From Candidatus Doriopsillibacter californiensis (lineage in GTDB: Bacteria; Pseudomonadota; Gammaproteobacteria; Tethybacterales; Persebacteraceae), in assembly GCA_030386295.1 (NCBI GenBank), contig JANQAO010000003.1, positions 48,114-112,113 on the forward strand: a stretch of DNA of 64,000 nt. The letters are read 5' to 3'. The translations under genes and the position numbers were made by a program. This document shows positions 31,619 through 43,448 of this stretch, in pieces. How positions within the stretch are numbered: the first letter of the stretch is position 1; each line of letters begins with the position of its first letter. A model generated the notes under the pieces. It did not search any database. It was not told the origin of the DNA and was given only the letters and a program-made list of their open reading frames with translations.

Positions 31619-33901
31619 ATGTTGCCACTGAGTGCCATTGCTTTTTTGTCCGGAGTGTGTTTGCTGCAAGGTCAAGAGGAATTGCCATCGCTAAGTGGCA
31701 TGTTGCTATTGTTGCCACCGGCTTTTGCGGCTTGGCGATTGAAAGGAAAGAGACGGACGGCGGCATTGTTGCTGTTCGTGTTTGGGTTTGGTTTTTACTG
31801 GGCTGCGTGTCGCGCCGAATGGCGGCTGGCGCAGACGCTACCACCGGAATTGGAATGGCGCGATATTATTGTGGAGGGAACGGTGCGTGGATTGCCTCAA
31901 ACCAACGAACAGCGCACGCGGTTTGATTTTGATATTGAGCGCATAGTGTCACCGACTATGCCGTTGCGATTACGAGTGCGGTTGGCTGATTATCATCGCA
32001 GCGGTACACCGTTGGCGGAAATTTTCAATAACGCTCAGCTACGGTTGGTGGTTCGTATCCGTCCGCCATCGGCGCGTCTCAATCCGCATGGTTTTGATTA
32101 TGCTGGCTATTTATTTGCCACCGGCGTGCGTGCAGTGGGCTATGTGCGTCATCGCGAACAAGTGGAGATAGTTCGCCCTGGTGGTGGTTGGCGTGAGGCT
32201 CTAAGACGGCAGGCATTAGCGCAACCGCAACAAGGCGATTTACTGGCAGCGTTTGTGGTGGGTGACCGCTCGGCTATTGATGAATCACAATGGCGAGTAT
32301 TGCAGCGTACCGGCACAGCACATTTATTGAGCATTTCTGGCACTCACATTACATTGGCAGCAGGATTTGCTGCGTTGCTGGTCGGTTGGCTGTGGCGTCG
32401 CCAGCAGTGGCTGATGCGCATTATGCCAGCACAAAAGGCGGCTATTGTTGCTGCCGTGCCGGTGGCACTGGCTTATGCTTTGCTTGCCGGATTTGGCGTT
32501 CCGGTGCGGCGTAGTTTCCTAATGTTTTTTGCGGTAGCAGTAGCATTGCTCAGTGGCGGTATTTCGTCGGCAAGTCAAGTGATGGCGCTCGCTGCCCTTG
32601 TCGTTGTCGTAGTTGATCCGTGGGCGGTGTCATCTGCTGGTTTTTGGTTATCATTTATGCTTGCCGGTGCCGTAGTATTGGTGCTCGGTAGTACAGGCGG
32701 ACGAAATTGGTGGCATTTGTTGCGAGTGCAGTGTCTAATATCATTTTTTGCTATGCCATTCACACTATGGTTTTTTAATCAAGCTTCTTTATTGTCACCG
32801 CTGGCTAATGTTGTTGCTGTGCCGGTTGTTGGTTTTTTTATTTTACCTTTGGTTTTGTTGGATGTGTTGTTACCCGGAAATGCGTTGTGGACCGTCGCTA
32901 GTTGGGGGTTATCCACTTTATGGGCGTTTTTAGATTACCTGTCGGCTTTGCCATTCGCCGCTTGGCAACCGGCAGCGGCACCGTGGTGGCTATTTATATT
33001 GGCTTGTGCTGGCGGCATTTGGCTTATTATGCCCGCCGGTATGCCGGCTCGCTGGACAGGTATGTTTCCGGTATTGGCAATGTTGTTGTGGCAGCCGTCA
33101 CCATTACCAGTGGGAACTTTTCATATGACTGTGCTGGATATTGGACAAGGCACTAGCGTGGTAATTAAGACCACTAATCACACTTTAGTATATGACGCCG
33201 GTCGGTCGTATGCTGCTAAGGAAATTGACAGCTATTTGCGTGGCGAAGGGCGCCGAAATCTTGACATGTTGATTGTCAGCCACGATGATATCGATCACAG
33301 TGGTGGTGCGGCGGAATTGATGCACCTAAAGTCGCCAGTAAAATTATTGTCATCATTGCCGGATTCGCATCCGGCGGTTATTGCTGCCACTCACCATCAA
33401 CCCTGTGAGGCAGGGCAAATGTGGACATGGGACGGCGTAACATTTGAAATATTGCATCCACAGAGAGAAACATTAACCGTGCTGTCGGATAATGCTTCTA
33501 GCTGCGTGTTAAAAATATTTGGGGCTGGTGGCTCGGCGTTACTGACCGGAGATATTTCAGAAAAAATTGAACAAGCTCTTGTCGCATCAGGTAAATCACT
33601 AAAAACGGATGTATTGCTGGCACCTCATCACGGCAGTAGGCATTCCTCCTCCTCAGCTTTTTTGCATGCAGTGTCGCCGCATACTGTGATATTTAGCGTC
33701 GGTGCTAATAATCCTTACGGTCATCCGCACTCAACGGTTTTAGCACGATCTACTGCTGTCGGCGCAGGGCTCTATCGCACTGATACAGACGGCGCAGTTA
33801 TAGTAGAGGTTGGTCCTAGTGATGTTCGGGTACAGCGGTGGGGACCTGAAAGAAAACGTTACTGGCAAAATACAGTAGCATCGTACGGAAGATCTGATTA
33901 A
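31619..33901 (+). CDS. comEC: DNA internalization-related competence protein ComEC/Rec2
   Basis: 760 aa with a polytopic competence domain (AHLLSISGTHI) and a C-terminal metallo-beta-lactamase domain (HDDIDHSGG). Confidence 0.9.
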   Translation: MLPLSAIAFLSGVCLLQGQEELPSLSGMLLLLPPAFAAWRLKGKRRTAALLLFVFGFGFYWAACRAEWRLAQTLPPELEWRDIIVEGTVRGLPQTNEQRTRFDFDIERIVSPTMPLRLRVRLADYHRSGTPLAEIFNNAQLRLVVRIRPPSARLNPHGFDYAGYLFATGVRAVGYVRHREQVEIVRPGGGWREALRRQALAQPQQGDLLAAFVVGDRSAIDESQWRVLQRTGTAHLLSISGTHITLAAGFAALLVGWLWRRQQWLMRIMPAQKAAIVAAVPVALAYALLAGFGVPVRRSFLMFFAVAVALLSGGISSASQVMALAALVVVVVDPWAVSSAGFWLSFMLAGAVVLVLGSTGGRNWWHLLRVQCLISFFAMPFTLWFFNQASLLSPLANVVAVPVVGFFILPLVLLDVLLPGNALWTVASWGLSTLWAFLDYLSALPFAAWQPAAAPWWLFILACAGGIWLIMPAGMPARWTGMFPVLAMLLWQPSPLPVGTFHMTVLDIGQGTSVVIKTTNHTLVYDAGRSYAAKEIDSYLRGEGRRNLDMLIVSHDDIDHSGGAAELMHLKSPVKLLSSLPDSHPAVIAATHHQPCEAGQMWTWDGVTFEILHPQRETLTVLSDNASSCVLKIFGAGGSALLTGDISEKIEQALVASGKSLKTDVLLAPHHGSRHSSSSAFLHAVSPHTVIFSVGANNPYGHPHSTVLARSTAVGAGLYRTDTDGAVIVEVGPSDVRVQRWGPERKRYWQNTVASYGRSD

Positions 33902-34172
33902 ATTCATGAAATAAAGAGTAGTAATATTGAGCGTACGAATAGATAGCCTTATGTTTATGAAAAAAAGCGGACGAATTCAATAACCATCGCTTAGATAAGT
34001 ATGTTTGTGACCGCGATTACGGGTAACAAATTTGTCGCGTTTTTTGAAAATTTTGTTTTTTACTTTATTTTAAATAGTGTGGTATAAATGGTAAGTAAGT
34101 GTATTAGATGCATTTGTGGTGTTGTGTCTAGTAATATTTTGTGGTATCGCAATAAAAAGAAGGAGAGAGCAA

Positions 34173-34643
34173 ATGGCAATATCCGTTTCCTTGGCAGTTA
34201 ACGGTAAGCAAGTAGAAGGCGAGGTAAGTCCTAATACTTTGTTAGTAGAATATTTACGTGAACATGCGCGATTGACGGGCACTCATATAGGATGCGATAC
34301 TAGCCAATGTGGTGCCTGTGTAGTACATGTCAATGGGCAATCAATTAAATCTTGTACCATGTTAGCAGTTCAAGCTAACGGCACTGTAATAACTACTATT
34401 GAAGGACTTGCCGATGGCGATACACTCCATGCAGTGCAGGCGGCGTTTAAAGAATGTCACGGATTGCAGTGCGGTTTTTGCACTGCCGGTATGGTGATGA
34501 GTACCGCTGATTTACTGAATAAAAACCCCAATCCATCTGATGAAGAAATTCGCAATTGGCTAGAGGGCAATATCTGTCGTTGTACCGGCTATCAAAATAT
34601 TGTTAAAGCGGTACGCCATGCGGCTGCGCAGCTAAGAGGATGA
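34173..34643 (+). CDS. coxS: (2Fe-2S)-binding small subunit of a xanthine dehydrogenase-family molybdoenzyme (CoxS-like)
   Basis: Two [2Fe-2S] motifs: a plant-type CDTSQCGAC and a second CGFCTAGM...CRCTGY. Confidence 0.85.
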   Translation: MAISVSLAVNGKQVEGEVSPNTLLVEYLREHARLTGTHIGCDTSQCGACVVHVNGQSIKSCTMLAVQANGTVITTIEGLADGDTLHAVQAAFKECHGLQCGFCTAGMVMSTADLLNKNPNPSDEEIRNWLEGNICRCTGYQNIVKAVRHAAAQLRG

Positions 34644-34702
34644 GCGGAAATTTTGTCGTATCCAAAAATTAAAATAATACATTCCTGCAGAGGAGGACGT
34701 AA

Positions 34703-37084
34703 ATGAGCACACAAGGCATCGGGGCTTCAGTCAAACGAAGCGAAGACATGCGATTCTTAACTGGGCGTGGCAATTACACGGATGATATCGTTCGACCACA
34801 TCAGGCATATGCGTATATTTTACGATCGCCTCATGCGAGTGCAAAAATTCGTGGTATTGACACGGTAGCCGCCAAGTCTGCTGCTGGCGTTATTGCTGTT
34901 TATACAGGAGTAGACCTGCAATGTGGTTCCATTCCCTGTGGTTGGTTAGTTAATAATGCCGATGGTTCACCAATGAAGGAGCCGGCACATCCGCCGTTGG
35001 CACAAGGTGCAGTGCGGCACGTGGGCGACCAAGTGGCTGTGATTATTGCTGAAACATTGGCACAGGCTAAAGCCGCTTCCGAGTTAATTGAAGTAGATTA
35101 TGACGTGTTGCCTGCCGTAGTGGATATGGAAAAAGCTGTTGCTGGTGGTCAAGCTGTACACGAAGAAGCGCCAGATAATTTATGTTACGATTGGGTGTTA
35201 GGTGATGATGTTGCCAGTGTAGACGCCGTAATCGCCGCGTCTACACACCAAGTATCTTTGCGGTTGACTAACAATCGTCTTGTTCCTAACGCCATGGAGC
35301 CACGCGCTGCTATTGGTGAGTACGATTTGTCGGCGGATTCGTATACGCTTTATACCACTAGCCAAAATCCACATGTAATTCGTCTGCTTATGGGTGCTTT
35401 TGTATTACAAATTCCCGAACACAAATTGCGTGTTGTGTCACCGGATGTAGGTGGTGGATTTGGATCCAAAATTTATCATTATGCTGAAGAAGCCATTGTT
35501 ACTTGGGCTGCTAAGCAAGTGCGGCGGCCGGTCAAATGGACGGCGGATCGATCTGATTCTTTTGTTAGTGATGCTCATGGCCGCGATCACATCACTAATG
35601 TAACGTTAGGCGTTGACTCCGACGGAAAATTTACAGCGCTTAAGGTAGAAACTAAGGCCAATCTCGGTGCCTACTTGTCTACTTTTTCTACCTGTGTACC
35701 GACGTATTTGTATGCAACGTTGCTGGCAGGCGTGTACACCACACCAAAAATTTATTGCAACGTTAAAGCGGTTTTCACCAATACCGTACCGGTTGATGCT
35801 TATCGTGGTGCTGGGCGCCCAGAAGCCACTTATTTAATTGAGCGTATTGTTGACAAAGCAGCACGACAAATCGGTATAGACAGAGTGGAGTTGCGGCGTA
35901 AAAATTTTATTCCCAAAGAAGCCTTTCCTTATCAAACACCAGTAGCTTTGCAATACGACTCAGGGGATTATCATGCTTCTTTGGAGCAGGCACTCAAAGA
36001 AGCTGATTGGAATGGTTTTGCTGCACGTAAAGCAGAATCCGCTCAAAACGGCAAATTGCGCGGTATTGGTGTGTCTACTTATGTTGAAGCATGTGGTATT
36101 GCGCCATCGGCGGTAGTCGGTTCGCTAGGCGCTCGTGCTGGGCTATTTGAAGCGGCTAATGTGCGGGTTAATCCTACGGGCTCGGTATCGGTGTTTACTG
36201 GCAGTCACAGTCATGGGCAAGGGCACGAAACTACCTTTGCACAAATTGTTTCTGACAAATTGGGAATTCCCTTTGAGAATGTAAATATTGTGCACGGTGA
36301 TACCGCTAGTGTGCCTTTTGGTATGGGGACGTATGGCTCGCGTTCGCTGGCGGTAGGTGGAGAGGCTATCATGCGTGCGCTCAATAAAATTACTGAAAAA
36401 GCCGGAAAAATTGCTGCACATATTATGGAAGCAGATGCCGGTGACGTTGAGTTTGCTGACGGTAATTTTACTGTCAAAGGTACCGATAAGTCGATGGCTT
36501 TTGGTGAAGTTTCGCTAGCCGCTTATGTGCCGCATAACTTTCCACACAAATCATCGCACGATGACTCCAACGGTTTGGAGCCGGGTCTAGAAGAGCAAGC
36601 ATTTTATGACCCACTCAATTTCACTTATCCTGGTGGTTGCCATATTTGCGAAGTAGAAGTAGATCCCGATACCGGCAAGGTCAAGGTAGTGAACTTTACT
36701 GCTGTAGATGATGTAGGGCAGGTAATTAATCCGATGATTGTGGAAGGTCAAATACAAGGTGGTGTGGCACAGGGTATTGGTCAAGCACTTTTGGAGCAAG
36801 CGGTGTACGATGAAAACGGCCAATTACTGACCGGTTCGTACATGGATTACACCATGCCACGCGCCGATGACGTGCCTAATATCCAAGTATCTAATACGGT
36901 TACGTTGTGTACACACAATTCGTTAGGAGTTAAGGGGTGCGGAGAAGTCGGTGCTATCGGTTCACCACCAGCGGTTATTAACGCAGTACTGGATGCACTG
37001 GAAGAAAAAGGTGTGAAAGATATTTCTATGCCTGCCACGTCTTATCGGGTTTGGCAGGCGATGCAAGATGCAAAAGTTAATTAA
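34703..37084 (+). CDS. coxL: molybdopterin-binding large subunit, form II CoxL-like (AYRGAGR class)
   Basis: 793 aa. The active-site loop reads [11 protein letters not shown], the form II signature, not the form I VAYRCSFR. Confidence 0.85.
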   Translation: MSTQGIGASVKRSEDMRFLTGRGNYTDDIVRPHQAYAYILRSPHASAKIRGIDTVAAKSAAGVIAVYTGVDLQCGSIPCGWLVNNADGSPMKEPAHPPLAQGAVRHVGDQVAVIIAETLAQAKAASELIEVDYDVLPAVVDMEKAVAGGQAVHEEAPDNLCYDWVLGDDVASVDAVIAASTHQVSLRLTNNRLVPNAMEPRAAIGEYDLSADSYTLYTTSQNPHVIRLLMGAFVLQIPEHKLRVVSPDVGGGFGSKIYHYAEEAIVTWAAKQVRRPVKWTADRSDSFVSDAHGRDHITNVTLGVDSDGKFTALKVETKANLGAYLSTFSTCVPTYLYATLLAGVYTTPKIYCNVKAVFTNTVPVDAYRGAGRPEATYLIERIVDKAARQIGIDRVELRRKNFIPKEAFPYQTPVALQYDSGDYHASLEQALKEADWNGFAARKAESAQNGKLRGIGVSTYVEACGIAPSAVVGSLGARAGLFEAANVRVNPTGSVSVFTGSHSHGQGHETTFAQIVSDKLGIPFENVNIVHGDTASVPFGMGTYGSRSLAVGGEAIMRALNKITEKAGKIAAHIMEADAGDVEFADGNFTVKGTDKSMAFGEVSLAAYVPHNFPHKSSHDDSNGLEPGLEEQAFYDPLNFTYPGGCHICEVEVDPDTGKVKVVNFTAVDDVGQVINPMIVEGQIQGGVAQGIGQALLEQAVYDENGQLLTGSYMDYTMPRADDVPNIQVSNTVTLCTHNSLGVKGCGEVGAIGSPPAVINAVLDALEEKGVKDISMPATSYRVWQAMQDAKVN

Positions 37085-37099
37085 CAGGAGGATATCATC

Positions 37100-37885
37100 A
37101 TGAATAATTTTGACTATCATAAGCCTTCAACAGTTGAAGAAGCGGTGCATCTGCTGACCGATGGCGCAAAAGCATTGGCCGGTGGTATGACTTTGTTACC
37201 GACGATAAAGCAAGGGTTGGCTGCACCTGATGCGTTGGTCGATTTGTCGACTATTGAAGCGTTGGTCGGCATTCGTGAACATCACGATAAGGGAGTGGTG
37301 ATTGGTGCTATGACAACGCATGCGACAGTATCTAGTTCTGATTTGGTGCGTGAAAAAATTCCATCGTTAGCATCGTTAGCTAGTGGAATCGGTGATGCAC
37401 AAGTTCGACATCGCGGCACCATTGGTGGCTCGCTGGCTAACAATGATCCTGCGGCGGATTATCCGGCGGCATTGTTGGGATTAGGCGGCTCGGTGCATAC
37501 TAATAAGCGTACTATTGCCGCTGATGATTTTTTTGACGGGTTGTTTTCAACAGCATTGGAAGATGATGAAGTTATCGCTCACGTACATCTTCCAATACCG
37601 CAATACGCCGTTTATGTAAAATTTCCACAACCGGCATCACGTTATGCACTGGTTGGTGTTTTTATTGCCCAAATTAATGGTGGCGTGCGAGTGGCAGTAA
37701 CTGGTGCTGGTTCAGATGGTGTGTTTCGTGCCCAATCATTGGAAACGGCATTGAACCAAAATTTTTCTGCTGCTGCTTTATCGGGAGTGCAGGAAAATGC
37801 AGCAGAACTGATGAGTGATTTGCACGGCTCTGCTGCTTATCGCGCCCACTTAATAACAATTTTGGCTCAACGGGCATTGAATTAA
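37100..37885 (+). CDS. coxM: FAD-binding medium subunit (CoxM-like)
   Basis: 261 aa with an FAD-binding domain (ALAGGMTLLPTIK, GTIGGSLANNDPAADY). The order S-L-M is typical of form II operons. Confidence 0.85.
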   Translation: MNNFDYHKPSTVEEAVHLLTDGAKALAGGMTLLPTIKQGLAAPDALVDLSTIEALVGIREHHDKGVVIGAMTTHATVSSSDLVREKIPSLASLASGIGDAQVRHRGTIGGSLANNDPAADYPAALLGLGGSVHTNKRTIAADDFFDGLFSTALEDDEVIAHVHLPIPQYAVYVKFPQPASRYALVGVFIAQINGGVRVAVTGAGSDGVFRAQSLETALNQNFSAAALSGVQENAAELMSDLHGSAAYRAHLITILAQRALN

Positions 37886-37932
37886 CTGCGGTTACAGATA
37901 CTGGTGATTGTGTAACTGTAGCGTTGTTAATT

Positions 37933-38910
37933 TTAAGAAGACGTCTTTGGATTGCGACTAAGCATTATTTTTTCTAGTGTCGTATCTGGTAAGCGCTTGA
38001 TTAATTGCGCAAAAAACAGCATTAGTACAAAAGAAAAAATAATGCGACCAAAAAATACGCCAGAGATATGCGCGCCTACTAACATTACCAATAGAGTATC
38101 TTCTATAACGGCATGGCACAAACTCAGTAGTGTTAATGCACACAGCATGTCACGTCGGCTGATGTCGCCTTTTTTACTTTCGTTAATGAGCAAAGCGCCA
38201 CCGTACGAAATGCCTAACGTCATGCCAACCATAGTGATAGTAACTGCTTTTTTTCCTACACCCATGGTGCGCAGTATTGGAGCGAGTAAAAAAATCAATA
38301 GTCGTTCAGTATTCGTGATTTTGAGCAAACGCACAAAGGCTACCAGCGTAACGATAATTAAATAAATGAATGCCCAGTTTTTTGCCTGTCCCAAAAACCA
38401 TGGCCCCCAACCGCTTTGCATTGGCGGTGGCGACAATAACAAATGAGCTGGAGCTTGCAGCCAGCCGCCAGCATTGTAAATAGTGTGAATAAGCCAGCCC
38501 ATTGCTAGTGCGCCACTAATACGCACCCATAGCATGGCAAAAAAGCGCACACCGGCTTTTTGCGTAATGCGTAGTTCTATCGGTAGCGCATGTGCTACCA
38601 ATACGATTAACATGAGAGTAGTTACTTGAGCACTGTTGAGTTCTAATTGTGTCCACAGTGAGATGAGCACTAGCAGTGCAGAATAGATATTTAACAGCAT
38701 TGCGGTGGCCCACACAATTCCAGCTTGACCGGGCAGGCCGACTAGATCCATTATTGGCGCTAGCAAATCTCCAACAACAGCGACGATGCCAAAGTGTTCA
38801 TCTAGCAATCGAATAGCAACAAGTAGCGGTAGCGAAATACGCAGGACTACCCAATAAATATAAGCGCTTTCTTTAAATAATTCACGCAATGCCGTTAACG
38901 GTGCGCGCAT
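37933..38910 (-). CDS. polytopic inner-membrane protein (possible nucleoside-recognition/Gate-domain family)
   Basis: 325 aa with about 9 hydrophobic segments. I have no firm family assignment. Confidence 0.3.
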   Translation of the reverse strand: MRAPLTALRELFKESAYIYWVVLRISLPLLVAIRLLDEHFGIVAVVGDLLAPIMDLVGLPGQAGIVWATAMLLNIYSALLVLISLWTQLELNSAQVTTLMLIVLVAHALPIELRITQKAGVRFFAMLWVRISGALAMGWLIHTIYNAGGWLQAPAHLLLSPPPMQSGWGPWFLGQAKNWAFIYLIIVTLVAFVRLLKITNTERLLIFLLAPILRTMGVGKKAVTITMVGMTLGISYGGALLINESKKGDISRRDMLCALTLLSLCHAVIEDTLLVMLVGAHISGVFFGRIIFSFVLMLFFAQLIKRLPDTTLEKIMLSRNPKTSS

Positions 38911-38915
38911 ATTAT

Positions 38916-39827
38916 TTAATTGTCTTTAATGAGTGTTGCCGCGGTTTTTTGTAATGCTAATACAAGCATTGCGCCGAGCGATGCTAATGCTAATGCCGCC
39001 CAAATTTGCGGATCACTCTCATAGACGGTGGGCAGTACATTTGGTTGTAAAATAATTTTCATGCCATCAGCATGGGCTTTCCATGGCCAAAGCTTGGGCA
39101 GTGCGCCAAGCATGACGCCGATAAGCAGTGATACGATTGCGTCATGCCAGCGATGCAATAAATATGAAAGTAATCTGGAAAACAGCAACAGCCCGCAGCC
39201 GCAACCTATTGCAAATATCAACAAAGCAATGATTTCTCTTTCATGAATGGCATTGATAACTGCACCATAGAGGCCAGCAATCAACAAAATATAACTACCG
39301 GAAATGCCGGGTAATAACATGGCGCAGATAGCGACAGCGCCACCGATAAAAAGTGTTGGCAAAGTGGGTGTCATGCTGCCGGCAGGAAGTTGTGTGATTG
39401 TCATCAAAGTAAATACTGCTCCGACAATTCCTATTGCCCAGTGTCGTGCGGTAGGTGCGTGCAATTCACGGGCGACAAGCTTTGCAGAAGCTAGTACCAA
39501 GCCGCAAAAAAATGCCAACAATAAATGTGTATGTTCGCTTAGTAAATAGTGTAGTAAGCGATTAAACAATACGACCGCACTTAGGATACCGGCGCCAAGT
39601 GCTAATAAGAATTTGCCGTCAGCTAACTGCCAAGTGCCAGAGATATTAAAACGGAGAAGTTCGCGCCACAACGCCGCCGAAGAAAAAGCGCTAATGGCGG
39701 CAAGTAGGCGTTGATAAATTCCAGTGATAAAAGCGACAGTGCCGCCTGACACGCCAGGCACTAAATCCGCTGCGCCCATACATATCCCGCGCAAAAAAAT
39801 ACCAATATAAGGTTTAACGGTTTTCAT
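38916..39827 (-). CDS. DUF368 family membrane protein
   Basis: It has the duplicated signature [10 protein letters not shown] / [10 protein letters not shown] set the start at MKTVKPY. Confidence 0.7.
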   Translation of the reverse strand: MKTVKPYIGIFLRGICMGAADLVPGVSGGTVAFITGIYQRLLAAISAFSSAALWRELLRFNISGTWQLADGKFLLALGAGILSAVVLFNRLLHYLLSEHTHLLLAFFCGLVLASAKLVARELHAPTARHWAIGIVGAVFTLMTITQLPAGSMTPTLPTLFIGGAVAICAMLLPGISGSYILLIAGLYGAVINAIHEREIIALLIFAIGCGCGLLLFSRLLSYLLHRWHDAIVSLLIGVMLGALPKLWPWKAHADGMKIILQPNVLPTVYESDPQIWAALALASLGAMLVLALQKTAATLIKDN

Positions 39828-39931
39828 ATTTCGGCGAGAACCAAAAAAGCAAAAAAGGCATAAACGCATTATACGGCGTTATTTTGTTCTGTACGGATGA
39901 AAATGAAGTAAACAGTTATAAAATAATTTTT

Positions 39932-40819
39932 ATGATGAATGAGAAAGACATGGACTTGGTGCGGACCTATTTGTTTTCTTTGCAGGAGACTCTCACAGAG
40001 GCGCTGGCGGCGATTGACGGTAGAGAGTTTGTTGTTGATACATGGCGTAGCAAACTTGGTAGCGGGCGGAGTATGTCATTGGAAAGCGGTGCGGTATTTG
40101 ACCGAGCGGGTGTTAATTTCTCTAATGTCGCTGGCGATAGCTTGCCAAAAGCGGCGAGTAGTCGCCGACCAAATATTGCCGGTAAGTCTTACGAGGCAGC
40201 GGGCGTGTCATTGGTGGCGCATCCAAAAAATCCACATTGCCCAACCGTACACATGAATGTGCGTGTTTTTACTGTTGGTGATGTTTGGTGGTTTGGTGGC
40301 GGTATGGATCTTACTCCATATTATGGCTACGAAGATGATTGTCGGCATTTTCATCTTACCTGTAAAGAAGCTTTGGATGCCCACGACACGGCGTTGTATC
40401 CGCAATTTAAGCAGCGGTGCGATGAATATTTTTACATTCCTCATCGTCAAGAGCAGCGTGGTATTGGCGGCGTGTTTTTTGATGATTTTGACGAAGAATC
40501 ATATTCTCATGCTTTCGCTGTTGTCCGAGCGGTGGGAGATGCTTTTTTACCGGCATACCTACCGATTGTGAAACGTCGTCATAATATGCCGTATAGCGAG
40601 TGCGAGCTTTTGTGGCAACAATATCGGCGTGGGCGTTACGTGGAATTTAATTTGGTGTGCGACCGTGGTACTTTGTTTGGTTTACAGTCGGGCGGGCGCA
40701 CTGAGGCAATTTTGATGTCATTGCCGCCGCTAGCACGCTGGCACCAAGCCAAACCGCAAGGAGATTTGGAGATGCGGCTGGAAAAAGAATTTTTGCTTCC
40801 ACGTGATTGGGCGAAATGA
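39932..40819 (+). CDS. hemF: oxygen-dependent coproporphyrinogen-III oxidase
   Basis: Collinear with E. coli HemF ([49 protein letters not shown]). Confidence 0.9.
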   Translation: MMNEKDMDLVRTYLFSLQETLTEALAAIDGREFVVDTWRSKLGSGRSMSLESGAVFDRAGVNFSNVAGDSLPKAASSRRPNIAGKSYEAAGVSLVAHPKNPHCPTVHMNVRVFTVGDVWWFGGGMDLTPYYGYEDDCRHFHLTCKEALDAHDTALYPQFKQRCDEYFYIPHRQEQRGIGGVFFDDFDEESYSHAFAVVRAVGDAFLPAYLPIVKRRHNMPYSECELLWQQYRRGRYVEFNLVCDRGTLFGLQSGGRTEAILMSLPPLARWHQAKPQGDLEMRLEKEFLLPRDWAK

Positions 40820-40906
40820 GTAAAGGTATCTGAAAAATCGTCCGTGATTATTATAGAAATATAAAAAACACGCTACTAAATTGGTATCAACTTTTAAAGA
40901 TATTGA

Positions 40907-41737
40907 TTAATCCGCTGTTGCGCGCAATAATTCATTAATGCTGGTTTTGCGACGAGTTTTTTCATCTACTGTTTTGACAATCACAGCGCAATTTAAAGAA
41001 TACGTGCCGTCTTTGGAGGGCAGGCTGCCTGGCACTACTACGCTTCCTGGTGGCACTTTGCCATAAAAAATTTCTCCGCTAGCGCGGTCGTAAATGCGTG
41101 TGCTTTGACCGATAAAAACGCCCATAGAAAGCACAGAACCACGTCCCACGACTACACCTTCCACCACTTCGGAACGAGCGCCGATAAAGCAACTGTCTTC
41201 AATAATTGTGGGCGCTGCCTGTAACGGCTCCAGAACTCCACCGATTCCAACACCGCCAGATAAGTGGACGTTTTTTCCGATTTGCGCGCAGGAGCCAACC
41301 GTAGCCCAAGTGTCTACCATTGTGCCTGAGTCTACATAAGCGCCAATGTTGACGTATGAAGGCATCAGTACCACATTGTCGGCGATGTAAGCGCCGTGTC
41401 GCACCGTTGCTGGTGGTACTACGCGAGTACCGCTATTTTTGAAAAAATCTTCATCAGCCGCAGCGTATTTGAGTGCTACTTTGTCATAGTAACGAGTAAA
41501 ACCGCCGACCATTACGGCATTGTCCGTCAGCCGGAATGATAACAACACGGCTTTTTTTAGCCACTGGTGGACTTCCCATGTATCTGTTTCGGAGGGAGAC
41601 GCCACTCGTCGTCGACCGCTATCCAAATCGTTTAGCACTGTTTCTACCGCTGTACGCACGGCGTGCGGGGCATTTTGCGGCGTTAATGAGGCACGCGCTT
41701 CATAAGCATTATTAATTATTTCTAATTCATTCATCAT
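40907..41737 (-). CDS. dapD: 2,3,4,5-tetrahydropyridine-2,6-dicarboxylate N-succinyltransferase
   Basis: 276 aa with hexapeptide repeats and DapD similarity along the full length. Confidence 0.9.
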   Translation of the reverse strand: MMNELEIINNAYEARASLTPQNAPHAVRTAVETVLNDLDSGRRRVASPSETDTWEVHQWLKKAVLLSFRLTDNAVMVGGFTRYYDKVALKYAAADEDFFKNSGTRVVPPATVRHGAYIADNVVLMPSYVNIGAYVDSGTMVDTWATVGSCAQIGKNVHLSGGVGIGGVLEPLQAAPTIIEDSCFIGARSEVVEGVVVGRGSVLSMGVFIGQSTRIYDRASGEIFYGKVPPGSVVVPGSLPSKDGTYSLNCAVIVKTVDEKTRRKTSINELLRATAD

Positions 41738-41795
41738 TTTAGACCTTTTGCATAATTTGATATTTGAAAGTATGCTTTATAGAAAAACGGCATAA

Positions 41796-42254
41796 TCATA
41801 CACTATCTGCAGGGGCTTGTCCGGATAATGGTGCATTGCGCAAGCGAATACGTAGCTGGCGATGCGAATCGGCATCCATGCTATCTGTAGCGGCGAGAAT
41901 ACTAAATCGCTGCTGACCACTGCGCACAACAAAAATCGTTAGTATCGGCGATACAAAGCGGCTTGTTAACTGTCCGCATTGCGTACTATTATTGATAAAA
42001 AGTTCAATATTGCCGTTTGGCAGAAAATGGAAGCTGCGCACTACATTTTTTCCTTCAAGTAATGCATGGCGGCGAAAGTGCACAGTGAATATTATCGCCA
42101 CAGCTAAAATTACCAAAATTCGTAGTGGGTATGAGATTGCTATAATGCTTCCTGCACCAATGGTAGCAACAGTACCTACCAATATCAGCGATATGGCAAT
42201 AATACGCGATGAGGACAATACAAAACGAGATTCCACGATGAACGAGAGTAACAC
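41796..42254 (-). CDS. YgfX/CptA-like inner membrane protein (DUF1434)
   Basis: Two N-terminal TM helices. The C-terminal FSILAATDSMDADSHRQLRIRLRN resembles the E. coli YgfX LWLAADSMDEAEWRDLRRILL. The start is uncertain because the longest ORF overlaps the ygfZ start. Confidence 0.45.
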   Translation of the reverse strand: MLLSFIVESRFVLSSSRIIAISLILVGTVATIGAGSIIAISYPLRILVILAVAIIFTVHFRRHALLEGKNVVRSFHFLPNGNIELFINNSTQCGQLTSRFVSPILTIFVVRSGQQRFSILAATDSMDADSHRQLRIRLRNAPLSGQAPADSV

Positions 42255-43068
42255 ATTTGCGCCACTGAACTTTTTGCGCGCCGTACGTTTTGCTGGCGAT
42301 GATGCAGCAACATTTTTGCAAGGGCAATTGACGGCGGATACACTAGCATTACCATCCTCGCGATGGGTGCGTGCGGCTTATTGTTCTCTCAAAGGGCGAG
42401 TTATTGCCAGTATGCTTCTTGGTCGCAGTAATGATGCTTATATTGCCATTTTATGTGCGGACATTGCTGATGATTTTGCCACCCGATTGGCACGCTTCGT
42501 GTTGCGTGCCAAAGTGAAAATCACCGTTTTTCCTTCGGGTTGTGTCACCGTGGCGAAAAATACCAATAAAGTAGATAGTGGAACCATGAAAACCGAGGAG
42601 GAGGCGCAATTTTTTAATGATGACGGCTGGCTGTTGCGGGTAACAGAAAATGAAGAACCAGTCACAGCGGTGGATTTATCCACCGATTCGTCGTGGCAGC
42701 AGGAACAAATTTTTCGCGGCATTCCATGGGTGGGTAGGGAGGCTAGCGAACTGTTTATTCCGCAACATATAAATTTTGAATTGTTGGATGGTGTGAATTT
42801 CAAAAAAGGCTGTTACGTAGGGCAGGAGATTATTGCCCGCTTGCATTATTTAGGAAAAATCAAGCGTCGCGGCTATGTGGTGTCCGGTGAAGGCGCGCCA
42901 CCACCGGTAGGCGAAAAAATAAACGGTGGTGAAGTAGTGAACGCTGCCGATGATGGGAAAGGTGGTTTTGTTGTTTTTATTTCGGCACCGTGTGCGGCGG
43001 CGGAATCGTGGGAATGGGGAGACCTACATTTGCAATTATTACCCGTACCTTATTCTCTACAAGAGTAG
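42238..43068 (+). CDS. ygfZ: tRNA-modifying folate-binding protein YgfZ
   Basis: ATFLQGQLTADT, KGCYVGQEIIARLHYLGKIKR and the C-terminal LPVPYSLQE match YgfZ. I set the start at MNESNTF. Confidence 0.8.
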   Translation: MNESNTFAPLNFLRAVRFAGDDAATFLQGQLTADTLALPSSRWVRAAYCSLKGRVIASMLLGRSNDAYIAILCADIADDFATRLARFVLRAKVKITVFPSGCVTVAKNTNKVDSGTMKTEEEAQFFNDDGWLLRVTENEEPVTAVDLSTDSSWQQEQIFRGIPWVGREASELFIPQHINFELLDGVNFKKGCYVGQEIIARLHYLGKIKRRGYVVSGEGAPPPVGEKINGGEVVNAADDGKGGFVVFISAPCAAAESWEWGDLHLQLLPVPYSLQE

Positions 43069-43106
43069 ATAGCTATGATACAATCTAGGGCTTACCAGAA
43101 AAAATT

Positions 43107-43430
43107 ATGACTGAACATACCACTGCAACATTTAAAACTGGGGGGAAACAATACCGCGTAAAAGCAGGTGATACTATCATCGTAGAATCATTGTCGGCGG
43201 TAGCCGGTGAGGCTAAGGCATTTGATAGTGTTCTCTTAATAGAAAAAAACGATGGTGCTACAGTGGGTTCTCCTTTTGTGTCGTCAGCGTCGGTGCAAGC
43301 AACTGTTGTTGAACAATTTCGTGGCGATAAAATTCGGATTTTTAAAATGCGTCGACGTAAGAAAAGCCGCCGCACGCAAGGGCACCGGCAGGCGCTAACA
43401 AAGTTGCGCATTGACAGTATTAACATTTAA
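43107..43430 (+). CDS. rplU: 50S ribosomal protein L21
   Basis: KTGGKQYRV...RRRKKSRRTQGHRQ, in the conserved rplU-rpmA-obg order. Confidence 0.9.
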   Translation: MTEHTTATFKTGGKQYRVKAGDTIIVESLSAVAGEAKAFDSVLLIEKNDGATVGSPFVSSASVQATVVEQFRGDKIRIFKMRRRKKSRRTQGHRQALTKLRIDSINI

Positions 43431-43448
43431 CGGCGAGGGCAGCTAACA

